Part shown: one piece after another, positions 8,501 to 16,311 of the stretch | Numbering within the stretch: the stretch's first letter is position 1 | Layout: every line of letters starts with the position of its first letter | Assembly (NCBI RefSeq): GCF_000015025.1 | Contig: NC_008578.1 | Coordinates: 1,650,001-1,682,000 of the forward strand | Length of the DNA: 32,000 bases | Direction of reading: 5' to 3' | Origin: Acidothermus cellulolyticus 11B | GTDB lineage: Bacteria > Actinomycetota > Actinomycetes > Acidothermales > Acidothermaceae | Program-made: the position numbers and the translations under genes | Notes under the pieces: model-generated | Databases searched by the model: none | What the model was told of the DNA's origin: nothing | Seen by the model: only the letters and a program-made list of their open reading frames with translations

Positions 8501-8855
8501 CGTCGGGCGTGGCGAAATACCCGTTCTCCAGGCCGGCCTTGGCATAGGCCTTGACAACCCGATCGACGAGTTGCTTGAGGCTCCACTCACGCTGCGGCGT
8601 GCCGAGGGCTCCCCGGAAATACTTGGTCGTCACGATGTTCACAGCGTTCTGTGACCAGAAATCGGGGAACTCCACGCCGCGCTGCTCGAAATTCACCGAG
8701 CCGTCCCGCCAGTTGGTCATGACGACGTCGCGACGCACCCAGTTCACCTCGTCGTATGGGTGAACACCCGGCGTGGTGTAGATGCGCTGCATCGTCAACC
8801 CGCGACGCCCAGATCCGTCCATCTGTGCGCGCGCCCCACTCGTCGGCTCGGTCAT
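5559..8855 (-). CDS. nrdJ: Vitamin B12-dependent (class II) ribonucleoside-diphosphate reductase NrdJ, intein-containing precursor
   Basis: 1098 aa. Class II RNR motifs are present: FNSPVWFNVG, KGGSGAGVNLSRIRSS, the thiyl-radical loop SNPCSEY and the C-terminal Cys-rich tail CMNCGTTMRPAGSCYVCEGCGSTSGCS. RBS GGAGG lies upstream of the ATG at 8855. The host sequence ...QQVSA/CFILSVDD... is interrupted by 153 aa. Confidence 0.97.
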   Translation of the reverse strand: MTEPTSGARAQMDGSGRRGLTMQRIYTTPGVHPYDEVNWVRRDVVMTNWRDGSVNFEQRGVEFPDFWSQNAVNIVTTKYFRGALGTPQREWSLKQLVDRVVKAYAKAGLENGYFATPDDATIFEHELAHALVHQVFSFNSPVWFNVGTPAKQQVSACQPYSAPVSTPDGPIPIGKLVDANAVGEKVFDASGVTRIVATTCNGRKPVLRIRTSGGHVLDVTPDHLVWQVVDQTAGRFVPAGQLRVGDRLEWHDRANSDAMVAAFTADSAAAAQPGQIVDILAIDELGVMPVYDIQTESGEYLSDGIRVHNCFILSVDDTMESILDWYKEEGLIFKGGSGAGVNLSRIRSSKELLSSGGTASGPVSFMRGADASAGTIKSGGATRRAAKMVILDVDHPDIEEFIETKVREEEKIRVLRDAGFDMDLGGRDLYSVQYQNANNSVRVSDEFMRAVERGESFGLRARTTGEVIETVDARKLFRKMAEAAWACADPGIQYDDTINDWHTCPESGRITASNPCSEYMHLDNSSCNLASLNLMKFLTDDGRFDIDTFIKVVELVITAMDISICFADFPTEKIADTTRRFRQLGIGYANLGALLMATGHAYDSDGGRALAAAITSLMTATAYKRSAELAAIVGPYDGYARNAEAHKRVMRKHAAASDALRTIGEMDRAIAERACQMWRECLTLGEQHGWRNSQASVLAPTGTIGLAMDCDTTGIEPDLALVKFKKLVGGGSMQIVNRTVPRALRTLGYPEEQVEAIVEYISEHGSVVGAPGLRPEHYEVFDCAMGDRAISPMGHVRMMAAVQPFISGAISKTVNMPESATVEDVEEIYFQGWKLGLKALAIYRNNCKVGQPLSDAKEKKVSAAVEGSHEHRPVRRRLPKRRPSQTISFSVGGAEGYLTAGSYPDNGLGEVFLKLGKQGSTLAGVMDAFAIAISIALQYGVPLEAFVSKFVNMRFEPSGMTDDPDIRFASSIMDYIFRRLALDYLPYEKREELGIFSAEERARKQSGELSAASAEPLADETADSVTADDAEARADTAVAGSAPRATTPGLGGHGAAELVDRVFGQAADAPLCMNCGTTMRPAGSCYVCEGCGSTSGCS
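7929..8387 (-). mobile_element. Mini-intein (153 aa, no homing-endonuclease domain) inserted in NrdJ before the conserved ACFIL cysteine
   Basis: aa 157-309 of the precursor. It begins with Cys1 (codon tgc verified at 8385-8387) and has a block B-like LDVTPDH (TxxH). Block F/G reads VYDIQTESGEYLSDGIRVHN and ends in His-Asn (7929-7934), followed by the +1 Cys of CFILSV. Removing it restores the contiguous motif PAKQQVSACFILSVDD. Confidence 0.9.
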
Positions 8856-8917
8856 CGCTCGCCTCCATCTGGTTTCAACACCCTGACCACGCCCGGATTT
8901 CCCGGGTCAGTCCACTA

Positions 8918-9430
8918 CTAGCGATCATCAACACCCCGCGACGGAACCGGCCGTCCGCGCTCAACGGTCTCCGAACGTTCGAGGGCCCGTTCCGCCCGTT
9001 GCAAGGCGATCTCCGCTTCAAAATCTTCCAGGGACTCGAACCCTCGATACACCGAGGCAAACCGCAGATAGGCGACGTCGTCCAGCTCCCGCAAGGGACC
9101 GAGGACGGCCAGGCCGACCTCCTGGCTGGTGACCTCGCTGCACCCGGTCGCCCGCAGCTCGTCCTCCACCCGCTGGGCGAGGAGCGCCAGCGCATCCTCG
9201 CTGACCGGTCTGCCCTGACACGCCTTCCGCACCCCGGCGATCACCTTGGCGCGGGAGAACGGCTCGATGACCCCCGACCGCTTGATCACAGACAATGCGG
9301 CCGTCTCCACGGTGGTGAAGCGCCGACCGCATTCCGGACACGACCGGCGCCGCCGAATCGCCGTGCCATCGTCGGTCACCCGGCTGTCCACCACCCGGCT
9401 GTCCGGGTGACGGCAGAACGGACAGTACAC
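8918..9430 (-). CDS. nrdR: Transcriptional repressor NrdR
   Basis: Zn-ribbon [15 protein letters not shown]...[10 protein letters not shown] followed by an ATP-cone ([16 protein letters not shown]...). I place the start at GTG 9428-9430 (V-Y-C-P-F-C), which is preceded by GGGAGGGGG 7 nt upstream. The 196-aa ORF-track version (start 9508) adds a non-conserved extension. Confidence 0.93.
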   Translation of the reverse strand: MYCPFCRHPDSRVVDSRVTDDGTAIRRRRSCPECGRRFTTVETAALSVIKRSGVIEPFSRAKVIAGVRKACQGRPVSEDALALLAQRVEDELRATGCSEVTSQEVGLAVLGPLRELDDVAYLRFASVYRGFESLEDFEAEIALQRAERALERSETVERGRPVPSRGVDDR

Positions 9431-9502
9431 CGCTACACCCCCTCCCTTGGGGATGAAGCGGTGGACGACGCCAGCCGTCCTGTGGTCAACTCCGCTCCTC
9501 CT

Positions 9503-9551
9503 GGGCACAACTTGTGGATTACTTACACCGATGTAACTACTACATGTTGGG
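9503..9551 (-). promoter_or_regulatory. AT-richer promoter island upstream of nrdR with palindromic candidate NrdR boxes
   Basis: The locally AT-rich segment carries three palindromes: CACAAcTTGTG (9506-9516), TTACAccgaTGTAA (9523-9536) and ACATGT within actactacatgttggg (9536-9551). The outer two are ~33 bp apart centre to centre, close to the tandem spacing reported for NrdR boxes. The match to the published consensus (acaCwAtATaTwGtgt) is only partial. Confidence 0.4.
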
Positions 9552-9727
9552 GTGCCACGTTAGCGCGACTGGCCGTCCAACGCAAGCACGCCGGCCGTGA
9601 GCCATCGGATCCGTTCACGGCCGGCGAGGTCGGCCGATCCTGCACCTGCCGGCACCACCCGCCGTCCCGCGCCGCACGGGCGGTGCGGATCCGACGGCGC
9701 AGGCCAACCGCCAAGATCTATTGGACG

Positions 9728-10042
9728 TCACGGTACGACGAGCTGCTGCCCGGGCTGAATGACCGCCCGCGCTGATGGATTGACGGCCAGGATTCGCGCG
9801 ATCGTCACCCGGGGATCCGTCTGCGGTGCCAGCCGCAGGGCGATCTGCCAGAGGGTGTCCCCGGGTTGCACGACAAGCACCCGATGCACCTGGCGGTCGT
9901 CAGCCGATGGAGCCGGGGGTGCCGCGTGCGCCAGGCGGGTCAGGAGCACGGTGATTACAAGGGTCAGCAGGGCAATCAACACCATCGCGCCGGCTGTCAG
10001 GACCCTCCGGCCTCGACGGGTCAACCGAACTGTGCTCGCCAT
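9728..10042 (-). CDS. Small LysM-domain membrane protein (ChiZ/Rv2719c-like, candidate SOS-inducible division inhibitor)
   Basis: 104 aa from ATG 10040-10042 (RBS GGGAGG 5 nt upstream). It has an Arg-rich N-terminus, one TM helix (LTAGAMVLIALLTLVITVLLT) and a C-terminal LysM motif (VVQPGDTLWQIALRL...ILAVNP...IQPGQQLVVP). It is divergent from lexA with SOS boxes in its upstream region. Confidence 0.85.
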   Translation of the reverse strand: MASTVRLTRRGRRVLTAGAMVLIALLTLVITVLLTRLAHAAPPAPSADDRQVHRVLVVQPGDTLWQIALRLAPQTDPRVTIARILAVNPSARAVIQPGQQLVVP

Positions 10043-10077
10043 CACGACCTCCCGGGCGGCGACTCGGCATCCAGTAC

Positions 10078-10093
10078 TCGAACACGCGTTCGA
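10078..10093. promoter_or_regulatory. LexA operator (SOS box) 1, TCGAACacgcGTTCGA
   Basis: Perfect match to the actinobacterial SOS box TCGAAC-N4-GTTCGA, 36 nt upstream of the LysM gene start. Confidence 0.9.
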
Positions 10094-10109
10094 TCGAACG
10101 GGTGTACGA
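10094..10109. promoter_or_regulatory. LexA operator (SOS box) 2, TCGAACgggtGTACGA
   Basis: Directly abuts box 1. It has one mismatch to TCGAAC-N4-GTTCGA. Confidence 0.7.
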
Positions 10110-10148
10110 CAGTTGTACCGCATTGCACCGACACGCGCCACCGATTAT

Positions 10149-10164
10149 TCGAACTGGTGTTTGA
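10149..10164. promoter_or_regulatory. LexA operator (SOS box) 3, TCGAACtggtGTTTGA
   Basis: One mismatch to the consensus. It lies in an AT-richer patch ~90 nt upstream of the lexA ATG, consistent with lexA autoregulation. Confidence 0.75.
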
Positions 10165-10254
10165 ATCTGTCGTCGCCGGCCGCTACGGTGACCTGCATGA
10201 AGTCATCCGGGCGTGCACCGTCCGGGTGGTGACGGCCCGGGTGTCGGAGGAGAG

Positions 10255-11082
10255 ATGAAGCGGAGCACACCGCGTCCAGCGCGCAGCCAAGCCGCGTTGA
10301 CGACGTCGTCCGAGGAGAGCCCCGACCGCGTCGAGCGCGGCGGCGACGGCGTTGCCACGGTCACCGATTTCCCCGATGGGCCGCCGGACGAGACCGGTCT
10401 GACGCCTCGGCAGCGGCGCATCCTTGACGTCATCCGAGATTCGGTGCGCCGTCGCGGTTATCCGCCGAGCATGCGGGAAATCGGTGAGGCCGTCGGCTTG
10501 ACGTCAACGTCGAGCGTGGCTCATCAGCTCATGGTTCTGCAGCGCAAGGGTTTTCTCCGCCGCGATCCGAACCGGCCGCGGGCCGTCGAAATCCGGAGCG
10601 CGGAATCCGCGGTACCCGATGCCTCCGCCGGGCATTCCCCAGCCGCGGACCGGGCGCCGTCAGCACGGCGCCCACCTCGCGGGCCATCCCCCATCGACAG
10701 CAACCCCGACGTGGTCGCCGTCCCCCTGGTCGGTCGTATCGCCGCCGGCGGTCCGGCCCTCGCCGAGCAGCTGATCGAGGACGTCGTCCCGTTGCCGCGT
10801 CAGCTGGTCGGAGAGGGAACGCTCTTTCTCCTTCAGGTCAAGGGCGATTCCATGGTTGACGCGGCGATTTGCGACGGCGACTGGGTCGTCGTCCGTCAAC
10901 AACCGGTGGCCGAGAACGGTGACATCGTCGCGGCCATGATTGACGGCGAGGCGACGGTGAAGACGTTCAAGCGCCGCGGCGCGCACATCTGGCTCATGCC
11001 GCATAACCCCCAGTACGAGCCGATCCCCGGGGATGAGGCGACCATTCTCGGCCGGGTGGTCGCGGTGCTCCGGCGGTTGTAA
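10255..11082 (+). CDS. lexA: LexA repressor
   Basis: Winged-helix N-domain ([56 protein letters not shown]). Cleavage site VGRIAAGGP (Ala-Gly), catalytic GDSM serine and VKTFKRR lysine. Start placed at ATG 10255, preceded by GGAGGAG. Confidence 0.95.
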   Translation: MKRSTPRPARSQAALTTSSEESPDRVERGGDGVATVTDFPDGPPDETGLTPRQRRILDVIRDSVRRRGYPPSMREIGEAVGLTSTSSVAHQLMVLQRKGFLRRDPNRPRAVEIRSAESAVPDASAGHSPAADRAPSARRPPRGPSPIDSNPDVVAVPLVGRIAAGGPALAEQLIEDVVPLPRQLVGEGTLFLLQVKGDSMVDAAICDGDWVVVRQQPVAENGDIVAAMIDGEATVKTFKRRGAHIWLMPHNPQYEPIPGDEATILGRVVAVLRRL

Positions 11083-11159
11083 CCCGGCACGGCGATGCCG
11101 CTGGCGCACGCGCCCCACTTCACCGGCGCCCGGTGGAACGGCGCGGCGGTGGCGCGAAT

Positions 11160-13292
11160 TCACGAAGCCGAGCTGCTCGCCGACCCCGACCGGGCGGACA
11201 ACGCACGCAGCGATCGGCACACGAGGTCGCGGTCCGTCGTGTACCAGAACGGCGGAAGGCTGGACCGCAAGAAGCGGGCGTAACGCGCGGTGGCTAGTCG
11301 AGAGTCGAGGACGGCGACGACGCCTCGATCGTGAGGGCTGCGCAGCAGGCGTCCGCACCCCTGCGCGAGCAGGAGCGCCGCGTGACCGGCGGCGACCTGC
11401 AGGAATCCGTTGCCGCCGGCCTCGGTAACCGCCTGCTGGCGGGCCGCCATCAGCGGATCGTCCGGCCGGGGAAACGGAATGCGGTCCACAACCACGAGCT
11501 GACAGGCCGCGCCGGGCACGTCGACTCCTTGCCAGAGCGACAACGTGCCGAACAAGCACGTCTGTGCGTCGGCGGCAAACCGGCGGATCAGCTCCGCGGT
11601 CGCATCATCTCCCTGACACAGGACGGGAAAATCAACGCGCTCCCGAGCGAACGCCGCCGCCTCCTGGGCGGCGCGCATGGAGGAGAACAGGCCAAGGGTC
11701 CGTCCCCCGGCCGCGGTCATGAGCGCAACGAGTTCCTCCAACGCGTCAGCGGAAATTCCGTCGCGGCCCGGCGGGGGAAGGTGGCTGGCGACGTACAGGA
11801 TTCCCTGCCGCTGATAGGAAAACGGCGAGCCGACGTCCAACGTGCGCACGTCGTGGTGAAGACCCAGCCGCTCAATCATCGGATGGAAGCTCCCGCCGAC
11901 GGTGAGCGTGGCGGAGGTGAGCACCGCAATGCGTGACGCAAATATGGCGTTGCGCAGCAGCGGGGCGACGTCCAATGGTGCGGCGCGCAGCACCGCTCCG
12001 CCTCGGTCGTCCCGGTCCAGCCAGCGCACGTCCCCCGAGTCGCCGGCGAGGAAGCGGCTCGCGGTGTCGAACAATTCTTCCGCAGCCGCACGGGCCTGGG
12101 CGCGGCGTCCGTCAACGGTGATTTCGCCGAGCAGTGCGGACACCCCCTCACGGGCGGCGTCCCGAATGCCCGACAGCACCGTCACCAGCCGCTCAGGTAG
12201 GTCAATGAGCCGGCCCACCGATACGTCGCGAAGCGCGGCGTCAAACTCGCCGACAGCCCGCTCCAGCCTGCCCGCGGCGACCGAGGCGAACGTCCGCAGC
12301 CGATTCGCCACGCGCACGACATCGGCCGCACCCAGTTCCGCAGTCGCCGCCGCAGTCACCCGGTCAACGAGTTCGTGCGCTTCGTCGACAATGACGACGT
12401 CGTGCTCGGGCAAGACCGGTGCGTCCCCGAGGACATCCACCGCCAGCATCGCGTGGTTCGTGACGACAATGTCGGCCTGCCCGGCCCGGATGCGGGCGAG
12501 CTCGGAAAAGCACCGCGAACCGTGCGGACAACGGCTGGCGCCGACACATTCCCGGGCCGTAACGGCGAATTGGCCCCAGGCCCGCTCCGAAACCCCCGGC
12601 ACCAGCTCGTCACGGTCACCGGTGGAGGTCTCGTTGGCCCAGCTGGTGATCCGGGCGACCTCGCGGCCCAGGGCCGACCAGGCCAAGAACCCCGCCGCCG
12701 GCGCGTCCGGGGATTCCCCGGTCCCCTGGCGCACGTTCGCCGTCCCGGGTAGGCCGGCCGCGATCACGCCGGCTCCACCGGTCTTCTCGCGCGCGGGTGC
12801 GGCGCCCGCGCGCGCGACGTCCATCGGAAGAGCGTCCATCGGCAGGACGTCCAGATCATCAGCCAGGAGGTCCGGTTGATCCGATCCGCCCAGGCGCAAT
12901 CGGCACAGGTAATTGCGCCGCCCTTTGAGAATCGCGAACGTCGGTCGACGCGGCAGCAGGGGGCTGAGAACCTCGACCAGCCGCGGCAGGTCCCGTTCGA
13001 CAAGCTGGCGTTGCAACGCGAGAGTGGCGGTCGCCACGATGACCGGACGACGCTCGTCATCGGCGTCGTCGCGTGCGGTGACGTGCCACATTGCCGGGAC
13101 CAGGTAGGCGAGGCTTTTTCCCGTCCCCGTGCCGGCTTGCACGAGAAGGTGACGCTTGTCGCCTCCGCTGAGCGCCGCGGCAACAGCCTGGGCCATCGCG
13201 ACCTGTCCCGTGCGGTGCTCGCCGTTGAGGGCCGCGACCGCGTGGGCCAACAGCGCCTCGACCCCAGGTCTTCGAGCCGGCCGATGAGTCAC
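11160..13292 (-). CDS. dinG: ATP-dependent DNA helicase, DinG/Rad3(XPD)-like
   Basis: 710 aa. Walker A AGTGTGKSLAYLVP, DEAH box VVIVDEAHEL, Cys-rich segment between the motifs (ARECVGASRCPHGSRCF), TNHAML, and C-terminal helicase domain motifs (LFSSMRA, QGVDVPG). The GTG start overlaps the upstream gene's stop (GTGA). Confidence 0.85.
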   Translation of the reverse strand: MTHRPARRPGVEALLAHAVAALNGEHRTGQVAMAQAVAAALSGGDKRHLLVQAGTGTGKSLAYLVPAMWHVTARDDADDERRPVIVATATLALQRQLVERDLPRLVEVLSPLLPRRPTFAILKGRRNYLCRLRLGGSDQPDLLADDLDVLPMDALPMDVARAGAAPAREKTGGAGVIAAGLPGTANVRQGTGESPDAPAAGFLAWSALGREVARITSWANETSTGDRDELVPGVSERAWGQFAVTARECVGASRCPHGSRCFSELARIRAGQADIVVTNHAMLAVDVLGDAPVLPEHDVVIVDEAHELVDRVTAAATAELGAADVVRVANRLRTFASVAAGRLERAVGEFDAALRDVSVGRLIDLPERLVTVLSGIRDAAREGVSALLGEITVDGRRAQARAAAEELFDTASRFLAGDSGDVRWLDRDDRGGAVLRAAPLDVAPLLRNAIFASRIAVLTSATLTVGGSFHPMIERLGLHHDVRTLDVGSPFSYQRQGILYVASHLPPPGRDGISADALEELVALMTAAGGRTLGLFSSMRAAQEAAAFARERVDFPVLCQGDDATAELIRRFAADAQTCLFGTLSLWQGVDVPGAACQLVVVDRIPFPRPDDPLMAARQQAVTEAGGNGFLQVAAGHAALLLAQGCGRLLRSPHDRGVVAVLDSRLATARYARFLRSSLPPFWYTTDRDLVCRSLRALSARSGSASSSAS

Positions 13293-16138
13293 GCCCGCAG
13301 CCTAGCCGGGCCGACCGACCACCGGCCGGTCTCCCGTGAAGCCGAGAGGTGTGTCGTGGCGTCATAGACGACGCGCTGCTCCGGCAAGCCCGCGACCAGC
13401 GTCCCCCCGAAGAGCGTGTCGATTCCCTCCGCCGGCAACGGGCGGGAGAAGAGGTAGCCCTGGCCGTAATCACAGGACATCGCCAGCAACGCGGCGTACT
13501 GCTCCCGCGTTTCGATGCCCTCGGCAACCGTGCCGAGCCGCAGCGCTCGTCCCAAATGCAGAATCGTGCGGACCAATTCCGTCCCCTCAGTTCCGGAATT
13601 GCGGTCGGTGATCTGCTCGACAAAGGACTTGTCAATTTTCAAGACGTCAACCGGAAACCGCGCCAGATATGACAGCGAGGAGTATCCGGTGCCGAAATCA
13701 TCAATCGCGACCCGAACCCCGAACGATTTCAGTTGCCGCAGGACGGCGATCGCTTCTTCGCTGCGTTTGACCAGGATGTTCTCGGTCACCTCGATGACGA
13801 GCGCCCCCGGCGGCATCCCCGTCTCGGTCAGCGCGGTGCGCACGATGTCCGGCAGCCGCGGATGCAGTTGCCGGCCGGACACGTTCACGGCCACATGGAA
13901 AACGCCGCCGGGCTGGGCGTACCGCTGCCATCGGGCGCCTTGACGGCAGCATTCGCGGATCGCCCACGCCCCAATGGACTCCACCAGGCCGGTCTCCTCC
14001 GCCATTCCGATGAAATCCATGGGCTGAATCAACCCACGGGTCGGGTGGTACCAGCGGATCAGCGCCTCGACGCCGACGACCTGCCCGGTGCGCAAATTCA
14101 CCGTCGGCTGGTAGTGCAGGACGAGCTCGCGCCGGGAAAGCGCATGCCGGAGATCCGTTTCGGTCTGCACCCGGGCCAGCAGAGCGTCGTGCATCTCGGT
14201 CCGGAACCGGACGTAGGTTCCCTTCCGGCTTGACTTCGCCCGGTACATCGCGAGGTCGGCATTCCGCAGCAGTTGGTCGACCGTCTCGGTGCCGTCATCG
14301 GTGACGGCGATGCCGATGGATGCGGCAAGAGTGACCTCCCGTCCGCTGAGCAGAAACGGCTCGGCCAGCGCCCGTTGCACGCGTTCGGCGACATCGACGC
14401 CGTGGGCTTCGGCCTGCGGACCGACGACGAGAATCGCGAATTCGTCACCGCCGAGGCGGGCGACCGTGTCGCTGGGCCGCACGCAGCGGCGCAGCCGGTC
14501 TGCGACCAGAGTCAGCAGGTGATCCCCCACGGCATGACCTTGCGCGTCGTTGACGCCCTTGAAGCCATCCAAATCGAGAAAGAGCACCGCTACCTCGCCG
14601 GGCTGCCGGGACCGCTCGGAGAGCGCGTGTTCGACCCGATTCGCGAAGAGCGCTCGATTCGCCAGGCCGGTCAGCGGATCGGAGAATGCTTGCCGGGTCA
14701 GCTGACGTTCCAGCTCCTTCCGCTCGCTCACATCGCGAGTGTTCAGCACGAGGCCGCGGATGTCGTGGTCATCGACCAGCGAGGTGATGACGGTCTCGGT
14801 TTCCCGCCAATGACCCGCCGCATGCCGCATGGCGAATTCAATGGTGTGCGTCGACCGCGGGCGGAGCACGGCGTCCAAGAGAATCGCTTCCAGGCGGTGC
14901 ACGTCGGCCGGGGCGACCAAGGAAACGAAGCGCTGACCGACCATGGCGTTCGGGTCGTATCCGAGGACCCGGGTCGCCGACGGCGTCTGATATCGAATGA
15001 CCCCTGACGGGTCGACGATCGTGATGATGTCGGACGAATTCTGTACGAGGGAGCGGAACCACTTGGCGTGCGTGCGCAGCGCCAGCGTGCGTTCCACCAC
15101 ACGGTGTTCCAACGTCCGTGACAGCAACAGTTGGTCGAGCCGCGCGGCCAGCCACGCCAAAAGCAGCAGAATGCCGAGGACGCCGAGGAGAATGAGGGTC
15201 GCCGGGCGCAACGAGACCCGCATCACCGCCGCAGCAATGAGAAGACTTCCGACGGCGAGCACCGGGAGGACCGGGGTCAGGACGGCGATGTACTCCCGGC
15301 GCCGCAACTGCACGAGGTCTGCCCTCTCCGCGGTGCGCGAGAGGACGGCCAACCCCAGAACGAGCCGGCCGGCCACTGCCAGCAGATACGACGGGTGCCG
15401 TGGACTCCATTCCCCGAGCGCGAGCGGCCGCAGGCTGAACAAATCGCCCAGCTCACACACGATGACGCCGGCGCCGATGAGAAAGAGCGCGAGGAACGGG
15501 ATGTCACCCTCGAGCCGGCACCGTGCGATCGCCGCAATCGCCGCGGTGCCCAGCAGCACGGCGGCGATCGCGTGCAACGTCCCGACCGCCCCGACTCCCG
15601 CCGGCCGTCCGACGCCATAGGCGAGAGTCGCCAACGCACAGGCGGCGATCGCGGCGTCCAGACCGGCCAACAGTCGCGACTGACGGTTTCCGTCCCGCCG
15701 AGTCAGCACCAGCAGACCAAGGACGCCGAACGGAGCGGCGACCAGCGCGCCGAGGTCGCCGTTCGGGTGAGCAGCGAGCACCGGCGCGCGCCCGGGAACC
15801 GCCACCTGAACCGCGGCAACGGTGGACCAGGCGGTACCCGCCACCGCGAAGACCCCGACCGCGAGCCAACCGAACCGGCGGACGGCGTCCGCCCGGGCCC
15901 GCACCACAAACCCCGCGCCTGCCGCGACTCCAGCTACTGTTCCCCCGGCGCCGACCAGCGCATTGCCAAGAACCGGCGCCACAAAACCCAGACCGGCGCC
16001 GGTCGCCGCGGCGCCAAGCGCAGCGGCAAGTGCTCCGAGCAGGGCATGCTCGAAGCGCCCACCTCTCCCCACTTCGAAATTGTCGGCCGGCGGCACCCCG
16101 GAGACGAACCGCCGGACGGCGCAACCAGCCGGCCGCAT
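13289..16138 (-). CDS. Membrane-anchored PAS-GGDEF-EAL protein (putative diguanylate cyclase/phosphodiesterase)
   Basis: 949 aa. The N-terminal ~330 aa is polytopic and hydrophobic. This is followed by a PAS-like region (FRSLVQNSSDIITIVDPSGVIRYQ), a GGDEF domain (RLGGDEFAILV) and an EAL domain (VEALIRW ... DDFGTGYSSLSYL ... KIDKSF ... EGIET). The start at 16138 lacks a clear RBS, so the start is uncertain. Confidence 0.9.
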   Translation of the reverse strand: MRPAGCAVRRFVSGVPPADNFEVGRGGRFEHALLGALAAALGAAATGAGLGFVAPVLGNALVGAGGTVAGVAAGAGFVVRARADAVRRFGWLAVGVFAVAGTAWSTVAAVQVAVPGRAPVLAAHPNGDLGALVAAPFGVLGLLVLTRRDGNRQSRLLAGLDAAIAACALATLAYGVGRPAGVGAVGTLHAIAAVLLGTAAIAAIARCRLEGDIPFLALFLIGAGVIVCELGDLFSLRPLALGEWSPRHPSYLLAVAGRLVLGLAVLSRTAERADLVQLRRREYIAVLTPVLPVLAVGSLLIAAAVMRVSLRPATLILLGVLGILLLLAWLAARLDQLLLSRTLEHRVVERTLALRTHAKWFRSLVQNSSDIITIVDPSGVIRYQTPSATRVLGYDPNAMVGQRFVSLVAPADVHRLEAILLDAVLRPRSTHTIEFAMRHAAGHWRETETVITSLVDDHDIRGLVLNTRDVSERKELERQLTRQAFSDPLTGLANRALFANRVEHALSERSRQPGEVAVLFLDLDGFKGVNDAQGHAVGDHLLTLVADRLRRCVRPSDTVARLGGDEFAILVVGPQAEAHGVDVAERVQRALAEPFLLSGREVTLAASIGIAVTDDGTETVDQLLRNADLAMYRAKSSRKGTYVRFRTEMHDALLARVQTETDLRHALSRRELVLHYQPTVNLRTGQVVGVEALIRWYHPTRGLIQPMDFIGMAEETGLVESIGAWAIRECCRQGARWQRYAQPGGVFHVAVNVSGRQLHPRLPDIVRTALTETGMPPGALVIEVTENILVKRSEEAIAVLRQLKSFGVRVAIDDFGTGYSSLSYLARFPVDVLKIDKSFVEQITDRNSGTEGTELVRTILHLGRALRLGTVAEGIETREQYAALLAMSCDYGQGYLFSRPLPAEGIDTLFGGTLVAGLPEQRVVYDATTHLSASRETGRWSVGPARLRA

Positions 16139-16187
16139 TCGGGGTAATGGCCGATCGGCCGCGTCGTCCGAGCCGCAGCCGGGGACG

Positions 16188-16205
16188 GGTTCACCGCGGT
16201 GAACC
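16188..16205. promoter_or_regulatory. Perfect 18-bp palindrome GGTTCACCGCGGTGAACC between hflX and the GGDEF-EAL gene
   Basis: Read directly. It lies 50-67 nt upstream of the GGDEF-EAL ATG and ~107 nt downstream of the hflX stop. A second perfect 12-bp palindrome GGCCGATCGGCC is at 16149-16160. This could be an operator or an hflX terminator hairpin. Confidence 0.45.
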
Positions 16206-16311
16206 GGCGCCCGCGGTACATCCGGTGACCGGTTGGGAGGTCAATTCGGGGATGCCCCAGGCAGGACGTCAGTTTGGGGATTGGACAGGAGGGGAACGCC
16301 GGCGCCGTCCG

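Noticed and set aside
11121-11135. Short hairpin CACCGG-cgc-CCGGTG between the convergent lexA and dinG genes as a bidirectional terminator
   Set aside because: It has only a 6-bp stem with a 3-nt loop and no U-tract, which is too weak to annotate as a terminator without transcript 3'-end data.
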